This document shows, in pieces, positions 54,101-64,000 of a DNA stretch of 64,000 nt. Source of the stretch: Dimorphilus gyrociliatus (lineage: Eukaryota > Animalia > Annelida); the NCBI GenBank assembly GCA_904063045.1, contig CAJFCJ010000007.1, positions 4,223,404-4,287,403 on the forward strand, read 5' to 3'. Each line of letters starts with the position of its first letter. Within the stretch, counting starts at the first letter, position 1. The notes beneath the pieces are model-generated. The model was given only the letters and a program-made list of their open reading frames with translations. It was not told the DNA's origin and ran no database searches. Made by a program: the position numbers and the translations under genes.

Positions 54101-55878
54101 ATGAAGAAGAGAGAGAAGAAGGAGCAGTATCTCTAAATGTTTATAAACAATTCTTTTTAGCTGCTGGCATTCCTGCATCAATTGGAACATTCATGGCTTA
54201 CTTTATTAGGCAAGCCCTAAGAATTGGTTCTGATTATTGGTTGGCTCATTGGACGGAAGCATCGAAAGAAGTTCCTCATCTTCATAATATAACTTTAGAC
54301 GAATATCATCATAAATCTGTCTCAAATCTGATGTTGGTTTATGGTTTGATATGCTCTGGATTTGTTCTTTTCTGTATGGTCTGTGGATTTACTATTGAAT
54401 TTTCATGCTTGAAAGCTGCTAAATTTCTACATTCGTCTATGCTTTGGAGAATTGTTGATGCTCCCATGCGTTTCTTCGATACAACACCTTTGGGCAGAAT
54501 CGTAAACAGGTTTACAGGTGATACAATGGTTGTTGATGAACGACTTGCGCAAATTTTGGATGCCTTTCTTTACTGTACTTTCTTTTCAATTGGTGGTCTG
54601 GTAGTTATCGCTTCTTCAAGTTTTTACTTTCTGATAGCCGTCGTACCGCTTGCCGCTGTATATATAGCTGTCCAACGTTTTTATATTGCATCTTGCCGAG
54701 ATTTACAGAGACTTGATAGTCTTAGTAAATCTCCCGTATTATCCCACTTCAGTGAAACTATCGGTGGCCTAGCTACTATTAGGGCATATGATAGACAAGA
54801 AGCGTTTTTGGAAAAGAATTTCGAAGTAGTTGACAATAATAACAAAGCATTCCTTAACTTACAAACTGCAATTTTATGGATGGGAATCAGATTGGACTTT
54901 GTCGGATCATTCACTGTATTTGCAGCAACTGTATGTAGTTTGGTTTCAGCTTTAAATGGAGGAATTACGGAAGGTGTCGTTGGTTTATGTATAACGTATT
55001 CTTTGATGATTTCTGCAAACTTGAATTGGATGATGAAAGCGATGTCAGAAACTGAAATGTATTTCAACGCGGTCGAAAGAATTTGTCATTACACAACAAT
55101 TAAAAATGAAAATTTTGAAGATGGAGAAGCTCCAAGAGATTCTTGGCCAGAAAAGGGTGTCATTGCTCTGAACGATTTATCTCTAAGATATGATGAGAGT
55201 CTAAACAACGTTGTAAAGAGTCTTAATCTGAACATTAGCGGCGGAGATAAGGTTGGAATTTGTGGTAGAACTGGCAGTGGAAAATCTTCACTTATGTTGG
55301 GACTATTCCGATTGATAGATACATCAAATGGAAAAACAGAAATCGATGGACTTGATATCAGCAGAGTTCCATTAAGACAATTAAGATCTAGACTAGCTAT
55401 TATTCCACAAGACCCTGTATTGTTCGCAGGTACAGTGAGGTTTAATCTAGATCCAGCCCACAAGTATACAGATCAGGCTATTTGGAAGGCTTTGGAAATT
55501 TCTCAATTATCACCAACTATTCAAAAAGAAGGTCAAGGCTTAGAATTAGCTGTTTCAGAAGGAGGCGAAAATTTCAGTTTAGGTCAACGACAGTTATTCT
55601 GTTTGGCTCGGGCTTTATTACGTAATTCTAACATCTTAATTATGGATGAAGCTACTGCATCAGTTGATATGGTTACAGATAGAATTGTTCAAGAAGTTAT
55701 CAAGCATCATTTCAAAGATAGGACAGTTTTAACAATCGCCCATAGAGTGGCATCAATTCTAAACTATGATACCATAGTCGTTTTACAAAACGGCGATGTT
55801 ATTGAGACTGGTTCACCCGATGATTTAAAAACTAGGGAAGGAGGCATCTTTGCAGGCATGATCCGAGATAATCTGTAA
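51109..55878 (+). CDS. SUR: sulfonylurea receptor (ABCC8/ABCC9-like), ~1547 aa, 3 exons
   Basis: TMD0 starting MFFCNN; NBD1 GPIGSGKSS/LSGGQ/ILFDD; NBD2 GRTGSGKSS/FSLGQ/ILIMDE; introns 51951-52014 and 52778-52839. Confidence 0.88.
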
Positions 55879-56463
55879 AAAAACAGATCTTTGTATTTTT
55901 TATTTCTCTTTTTTTCCTTCTTGTGCTTGTTAGAATCTCATTACTAAACTTTCTTACTGCCAAACGTTCTGTTAAAAGAAAAGAGAAAAACATAGCTTTC
56001 GTTAAAAATTTCCCATTACTTTTAACTGGTTTGCTTTTTTGTTCTGTGCTTATTATCCATTTCATATCTTTTGTCTCTTTTATACAAATTATACTTTATT
56101 TTGTCATTCATGAAGGGCAAATTTCATTCCAACTACCTTGATGCATATTATTACTCATTAGAAAGTGCTTTCTTTTAAATTTTCCCTATCTGTCTATTAA
56201 AATCTTTCACTGTCTCTTTTTTTTTGTTTTTTTTTTTTTTGAAATTTACCAAAACAACGAATCAAAGATTTTTGTCTCCGTAACAGTTCAATATTTCCTT
56301 GTTTCTTATTCGTAACTAGATATTTGTTACTATGTTACATAAGATTTTATGAATTAACCATTTATTTTGCTGAATGTTAATTTCGCCTTTAATACAATTG
56401 AAACGAGAAAAACAATTATTTAGAAAAGTTATTATTCTGAGAATACTGTCAAAGCGAGATCCT

Positions 56464-58247
56464 TTATTCCGATAAGATTTTAAAAGGTTGTTCTCTGACA
56501 TTTTTCTTATAGAACTTGCAGATTTTTAAGTGTTCAGTAACTTTAGGCCTATCCATAGAAATCCAATTAACTTTTGAAAAAGCCGTTGTAAAATGCCAAG
56601 TCTTTTTTGTAACTTTCCAGCAACTTTTTGCATCTTTTTCCCATGTAAGATCGATTATACCTCTCTTTTTTACTACAGGTTCACATAATTCATGTAGTTG
56701 ATGGCAAGTTGATGATAATCTCCATAGAGACGATGAATCCAGGTAGCTCATGATGATTAAAAGAAGCTCTATTGGCAGACTTAACAGCTGAGACTGACAA
56801 AAAACGTTGGATGATGCTATCTCTTTAGGGGTTGATGAGCGACAACGATCTCTAGCGGGTGTTGATAAATCATTTGCAGTGACATTCGAGTTATAATCGC
56901 AAGAAGTATATATTTCAGGGGTTCCTTCTCTTGTTTTATGCATATGAATATCAACAACTGTCTGTTTGTTTTCATCATTTTTTTTGCAATTGTTCAATGA
57001 CGGTATGAAAGCATCAAGCTCAAAATCATAGTGCATTTGAGAATTGATTCCGGGTGCGAATCTATAAGTATGCCAGTTACAGCCAGCATAAGCCAGGGGA
57101 CACCTTATCTGATACCATCCATTGATATTGGATTGGACTTCGTTGTGAACATCTTCGTAATGTGAATGAATTTCATCGCGACGAAAACGTTTATTACAGA
57201 GGAGGATATTGTCAATTGAAGATATTGAGTATGCGAATGGGAACTCAATCTGGAGATCCAGTTTGACAATATCTTTGAGCTTTACCTCTTCAGAATTATC
57301 CATTTCTTCTTGAGTTATAGAACTGTTTATTTGAGCATGATCTTTCACAGTCTGAGTTGTTGATAAGAGATTTTGTATAATGCTTGACTTTAAACCAGGT
57401 GGATACTTCTTTTTATTCCAAACAGAATTACATCTATCATCATCAAACTTGAATTGCCTTGGAGTATCAGATCCAATGCTTGAACGTCGATTTGAATTTC
57501 TAGAAAAATTCTTAGTAGCTCCATTCCATGAGCATAATTCAATACAGCTTGGTGATGAGTTTTCCTTTTGCCTGAGAAGATGGTCATCTCTAACAGCAAG
57601 GGCAACATCTAATTGACTAAAGCGAACATGGTAATTCTTAAAGCCGCATCGAACCTGTTTTTCCTATATAAATAGAGATAAAGAAAACAATTTGTTGATT
57701 AATATTTTTGGTATTTTTACTGTACTTTTAGATACAGAAAATACTACTATATATATAGCATTTATAAGTAAACATCTCTATATTGTCTTTCTATTAAGAA
57801 ATATTACTTTTTATACTTGCTGATAAGACTAGTATCCTATTCCCTATGATTTTTACGTATTAATCATCTGTTGAATTTATGATTTCAAAGAGGTGAAAGC
57901 AAAAATACCTCAATTGGCCAACGGCACCAAACCCTTTTACAAAACACTATATTAGCGGGGCAATGGGGAAGATGGGAAGCTATTTGTCGGCGGCTCATGA
58001 AAGATGGGCAACCATAGACAGCATTTATACAGGGTATTTTATTCTCTAAGCAAATAATCAAATGATCTTCTAATTTCCAATCGTGCAGTTTAACCATACA
58101 TTGAGGACAATTAATCAGAGGATTTTCAGTATTATTGCAATGTATATCAACACAAAATTCATTTCTGTGATCTTTAGCTTTCTTAATAGATTTATCCGTA
58201 TCCTTTAATCTATAAATTTGATAGAGATCCTCATTTTCTGTATTCAT
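56464..58247 (-). CDS. F-box only protein 30/40 (TRAF-type zinc finger plus F-box)
   Basis: CMVKLHDWKLEDH...CINAVYGCP...CPANIVFC...RWP; QIRCPLAYAGC; F-box LLSLPIELLLIIMSYLD; exons 58247-57909 and 57663-56464. Confidence 0.88.
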
Positions 58248-59000
58248 GTTCTTTACTTCTGAAAGTAAAATAAGAAAAGGCCTGAATAATATAAATATTT
58301 AAGACTTTTCGTTAACCAGCCTTCCTTTTATACAAGCTAAGCAGAAATAAAAAAAAAACCATACATCACGAACAGTATTATACAGAGATTAGATTTCAGG
58401 ATTTAACATCATCTTAATCACAACGTAACATCCCATATATCAAAAATTTGTTTACTTATACAGACTTACAGACATGAAAGAAACCATAATTAAACTGAAT
58501 ATGTTATATTTCCTTCCTTATTTTCTACTTTCCATCACTCTTATCTTCTTATCTGTTTTTTTTTTTCAAAAGAAAAATAATAAACAAAAAATTTATTGTA
58601 ACACTTCATTAAATTATTTGCTTTCTCTAAGCGATCTCTTTGTTTCTCTTTGTTGGGTGAATTTTAAAAGCTTCTTTTACATTTTATTGTTGCATTTGTT
58701 GAAATATTTTTTAAGAATTTTTATCATGATTTTTTTAGAGAAAAGTTTTACACTATTATTTACTATATGATTTATTGTTATGCACGACGCCAATGTTTAT
58801 TAGAAAGCCAATACTACCTCAATCTATCAGAAAATAGAAGAATACGGGAAGAGTTTATGTACAAAAATAGAACACTGATAGCGTTCTCAATACACATGGA
58901 CACTGGAATATATTTGGAACTACATTCTGTTTTCGCCAATGACAACGGCGTAAACACCCGCTGATTTTTCTGAACATTTATATTCTTTTTCAAGAGTAAA

Positions 59001-62000
59001 ATGTCGGCCAATTCTTCTACTCATTTGCAAAAGAAGACAAAGTTTGGAGGGTAAAATTATATGAACTATTGTTTTGAAATTCTTTTACTTATCTCTGTCT
59101 TTAGGTCTAACATTCACTCAAACCGAACCAAGTATAGTCAAAAATCAACGAAATGGAGTAATCAACGCTCTCAATTCGGCGGATCTAGCGTACTGTCAGC
59201 AACATCTAGGAAAAATCTTGTTTTAGATAAGACTAATACAGAATTATGGAAACCAAAGTGTAGGGTAAGTAAACTAAACTGTAATAGTAATCCTTTTATC
59301 AAAAGTTTATCTGAACTTATAATAGGTCTATAATGAATCTGGCGACGATGTTACTCCTCTACCTTTGTATGCAATGGATCCTAACGTTAAGAGGAATCAG
59401 AGTTTTCTTATGGGGGATCATTCGGATGGAACGGTAATTATTGACTTTTATATGAATTATCATTTTTAATCAAACAATGTTCCATATTAGCCAACGGATC
59501 TTATGTCCCAACCTGGATCCAATATGGCACATCAAAGTACATTCGGTGCAGGCCCATTTACAAGATCAATAATCAGCGCATCCCAATCTGGAATATCTCA
59601 TTCACCGGAGGAGTCGTTAATCGATGATCTAACTGCTACTCAAGGCCCAAATGAAGATCAATCAAACTTTGTCTGTTAGTAATTATTATCAATCATAACT
59701 CTCCCATATGACTCCCAATATTTTTGTGCTATTTATTAGTTTCAAGAAAAGTCGAAGAAAAGATAGATACTTTAACAGAAGAGGATTTAGAAAAAGCTAT
59801 AAGGCTAGATTTATATGAAACAGAGACTATAGATATGTTTGAACTGCATCCTATATGTTTTTCTCAAGATTCTGAAGAAGCCAATCTCATTAGAGAAAGG
59901 AATGAAAAATATGCGGAGGTTTGTATTCATTATTATAATTGATAAGATCATCAATTATTTATGCTTTTACCTTCTTCTTGGTCAGTTGAAAACGAGCCGA
60001 GTTGGGAACGACCGTTATGTTGATAGAAAAATGAATACTTTCAACGAATATCCAAAGAACAAAACAGTTCAAACAATGAAAAGAACTTTTAATGTAAGGA
60101 TATTCGTAATAACCATGTACTTATTAATAACTTCTTTATAATTATATTTTAACAGGAAATTGGGGTTACTGCTACAACTTGGGATATGTATGACACGTAT
60201 AAAGCTCTTGAACCTCCACCAGGTTTAATAAATTTTGTAAATTCATCTCCTTGTTTATCTTTCAACTTAATTCAATCACTTTATAGAAAAAACTGATGAA
60301 GAAGACGAAGGTCTAGATGGTGATGAAAAATTGGATAGACTAGATAGGCCTCAAACAGGTTCAAAACCATTTGGAAAGAGTAATACAGAAATGTCGTTAG
60401 GCGATTCTATGGCTCAACAAACAGGAGTATCAACATTTGAAGACGATTTATCTGTTAGAACCAATTTAGGTTAGTCGTTTCCTACTTTTACAGAATTCTT
60501 GACCAATTAATAGATATCGTTGTATCCTAACAATTACTTTAATCCAAACCACTGCTTCTATCACCCTTTAAAAGGGAAATTTTTGGATATACACTGTATA
60601 TATACAAAAAATATACAGCGTGAAAAAAGCTTTAATACATTAAAAGCTAAATACTACGTTCACAATAAAAAATAAAAAAACTATTTTCTTTCCTGTTCTA
60701 CATAAAATATTTCCGTATAAATAACTATAGCAAAGACAATGGCCACAACCACTATGACGTCCAGCATGTTTGCACCTCTGCAATCTACTGTAGTTCGTCC
60801 TGGTACAGGTTCGTCGTTATTATAAGCAATTGATTTATGTTTGCAAAAAAAAAAACTATATGGAGAAAGACGCAGCCTCACAGCATGATTCAAAACACAC
60901 GATTTTTGCTGATTACTATTTAATTACAAAGATATCTTCATTTACTGTATGCCGTATATAAATATTTATACATGTAAAAGAAGTTATAAATTGATTAACT
61001 ATATTACAATTAAACTATTTGAATATATAATATTTACATAATATTGCACATAAAACATGTTTACATATACACGTATATATATACAATATATGGGGTACAG
61101 TATCTTTCGGTATATCAATTTCCAACCTTTTCAATATTTGTCCTATGGCTTTTCTATTAAATTTATTTACTATCAAAAAGTAGAAGGAAAGGTGTTCGCT
61201 TTCCTATGCACTTAAATATATTTTATTTATTTAAAAAGCACATGATATAAATTTCTTATCCCTCAGATTTTATATGAAATTCATTATATTGAACTATTAT
61301 ATTATATACTTATATTACTGTATAAAATATGCTTATTCTCATTTATTATTTGAACAGAGAGTCGCCTAACTATAACATCTGAATCAGCGTCTGTTCAGGC
61401 AAGAGCAGGAACATTTGAAACACTTAGCGAAGAAGCTAAAGATAAATACAGAAAGAAACAGTTTGGTCTAATTTCTAAAGTAAATTTTCATTACTTGCAC
61501 TTTGTTTCAACAATTTACTAGTAAACTATGCTTGCTATCTATTTGTTTAGTTACCAAATTTCAAAAGGGATTTAGTGATTATGGAAAGAGTTGTCAATTT
61601 AAATACTTATCAACCAAAATTAGCTACCTACCGAGACCTTCCAGTATTTCCCCCAGGTTAGCTAAATTTATTAATTTATACTATTAAAAAACTATAGTTT
61701 TTTCTTATTTATTTTTTTATTATAGATATTGAAGAAATTGTTGAATCCTTATCAGAAAAACCTGATGTTTCGAAAGACGGTACAACGTTTACTATGGGCA
61801 CTCCTACTCCAATTCCAAAGAGGGAGCCAACAGAGACTAGTATTTTGGTAATAAATAATTTTACTTATAATAACAGAAACTCTTTTCTCGATATAACCGA
61901 TTTATTCTTTCACAGTCTAAGAATATACAGGATGCCGGGGCAACACTTACAAGACTATGGATGTATCAATGTCCATTAACTAGGGGCCGTAATGTCTCCT

Positions 62001-64000
62001 GTATTGCATGGAATAAGAGTAATTTTGTTCGTATTCGCTTTATCATTTAAAAGGTTTTAGATTGATTAATGTATACATTATTCAGGATCTTTTGGCTGTT
62101 GGGTATGGTCAATTTGAATACACTAAGCAAAAACCCGGTCTTGTTTGCTGTTGGTCTTTAAAAAATCCTGAGGTTTTTATCACACATCTCTTGTCATTTT
62201 CTACTTTAGTTTTGTTTTAAACGATTTAGTTTCCTGAGAGGATTTATTATTGCCACGAAGGAGTAACGGCTCTAGACTTTTCCAAGGCACACCCAAGTTA
62301 TCTTGCCGTAAGTTTATTCAATATATTGTTTATGACCTAGTTTTTATTAATAATGGCATTAGGTTGGAATGTACGATGGCACAGTAGCAATATATAACGT
62401 AAAATCAACTAGTAACGAAACAGTTTTGGATACCTTGTAAGTATATTTATTAACATTTATTCATTTAAAATTCAATATCTTTTTTTATAAAAAAAAAACA
62501 TTTCATTTTTCTTTTATTATAAAAAAACTCCCTCAACAACTATCTCTTTTATTCTTTACTTTTTTTTTATTAAAAAAAAAACAAAATGTTAGAAAGGATA
62601 TGAGAACGGTCGACACGTAAGTAAAAATAAAGTAGTAAAGTTTTTTATTATTATTATTATTAAATAACTTAGAGGTTGAGGTTTGCATGAGCACAGCAAA
62701 AAATATTTAAAAATAAAATATTATAACTTTAATTGCTTTACAGTTTTCATATTAATATTTATAATTAATTTAATAATCAATCATGTGTATATGTGAAGAA
62801 TATTTATATAATGGTAACCATAATTAGTATTTTTATCACCTAATTACTATTCATATTTATACTGTTTATATATATATATGTAGATATAGATATATATTTA
62901 ATAACAATTCGGGTATAATGTTAACAACTAACTAATAGTGATTTTTTTCTTCGTTCTTCTGCCCCCTCCCCCTCCCTCTCCCCTAACCTAAAAAAATATC
63001 TGAAAAATCCTTTTCTCTCTCGTTCCCAAAAAAACAAACCCTTTACAGAATCTTAACAAAGAATAAAGCTCAGACGGTGTATGCACAAAATGTTCAATAG
63101 TTGTTTTATTGTCTTTAATATTATTCACACAAAAGTATACAGGCATGGTTCACTTGTTTTTTATTAAATTTTAACAATGAATGATTAACTGTTTATTATA
63201 CAAATAGGTGTTTTATGTTTAAAAAACAAACAAACAAACACACTTTTTTATTTATTAGTACTCTTAATGAATGTAGCGAATGCTTATACACTGGAATTTT
63301 TGATAATAAAAGTTGTTCGGTTCGCCTAATTTTTTTTATTTTTTATTATTTTATATTGTTAATTTGCATCATGACGATCTCTAAATAAAATTAAAGATAT
63401 GTAGATTAATTTCATTGTTACAGAGAATCGGCTGGTAAACACATTGCTCCTGTTTGGAGAGTAAATTGGGTAGAGAAGAATAGGGAACAAGATAACGAAA
63501 AATCTGAAGTTCTTGTTTCTATAGCCACTGATGGGCGAGTTATTCAATGGTCAATACGCAAAGGATTTGAAAGTTATGGTTGGTTGATAAATAGAATTTT
63601 GATGATAAGGAACCATTAACATTCCGATGGTTTTTTTTTTCCTGTTATTAGATTTGATGAAATTGAAAAGAATGCCTCAAAAGCCTATATGCCAAGGTTT
63701 AAGAAATAAAGAAAAAAGAACAGAAGCCTTTATATCCAAATTAGCCGGTGGATTATGCTTTGATTTTTGGCCTGTCGATACAAATATGTAAATATTTTCT
63801 TTAACGTATTTCTTATACATCAAATATAATATACAATAAATGAAACAGATATATAGCTGGAACTGAAGAAGGTTACATTCATAAATGTTCTTGTTCTTAC
63901 AATGAACAATTCCTGGAAACTTATACCGGCCATGCTGTAATTAATACTATCTAATGTAATTAAAAAAATAATAAAAGCTCCTTGATTTTTTGTTTTAGGG
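59001..64000 (+). CDS. DNAI4: dynein axonemal intermediate chain 4 (WDR78), many exons, 3' end beyond the window
   Basis: VYNESGDDVTPLPLY; IMERVVNLNTYQPKLATYR; TRLWMYQCPLTRGRNVSCIAWNKSNF|DLLAVGYG; WSLKNPE|FPER; AGTEEGYIHKCSCSYNEQFLETY. Confidence 0.92.

Noticed and set aside
58474-58770. Phe/Leu-rich 98-aa ORF, and similar ORFs at 39798-39998 and 50695-50883
   Set aside because: T-rich low-complexity non-coding DNA that avoids stops by composition
60681-60893. Minus-strand ORF ending in a 28-aa TM micropeptide (MLDVIVVVAIVFAIVIYTEIFYVEQERK) nested in DNAI4, superficially sarcolamban-like
   Set aside because: It overlaps the plus-strand in-frame exon 60731-60808, which has proper splice sites; most simply an antisense shadow

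Overview
AT-rich, very gene-dense eukaryotic (bilaterian animal) genomic DNA. About 25 protein-coding genes lie in 64 kb, most introns are 50-75 nt GT-AG, and intergenic gaps are often under 500 bp. I saw no transposons, tRNA, rRNA or CRISPR. The compaction and gene set resemble a miniaturised spiralian genome such as the annelid Dimorphilus gyrociliatus (inference, not confirmed). Gene order: MGST1-like(+), U4 snRNA(+), CNBD2-like(+), orphan membrane mucin/beta-propeller(-), TTLL11(+), ~15-finger C2H2 ZNF(-), MCFD2(-), MIGA(+), SLC9A8(+), small TM ORF(-), MRPL33(-), TDRD3(-), MOGS(+), ELOC(-), TNPO3(+), LONP2(-), TMEM222(-), intermediate filament(-), RNF113A(+), SLC16(-), small coiled-coil(-), F-box/LRR(+), LDH(+), AIP(-), SUR/ABCC8-9(+), FBXO30/40(-), DNAI4/WDR78(+, runs off the window). 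Best leads: a textbook U12 (minor spliceosome) intron in LONP2; three frame-preserving candidate cassette exons in DNAI4 (24, 30 and 78 nt), each followed 65-75 nt downstream by (U)GCAUG; a cysteine-rich intermediate filament with no lamin-tail domain; a TAA-CTAG readthrough context on LDH followed by a 40-codon open hydrophobic extension; and a U4 snRNA with altered U4/U6 stem II. All gene models and homologies were built by eye and from memory of the families; no searches were run.
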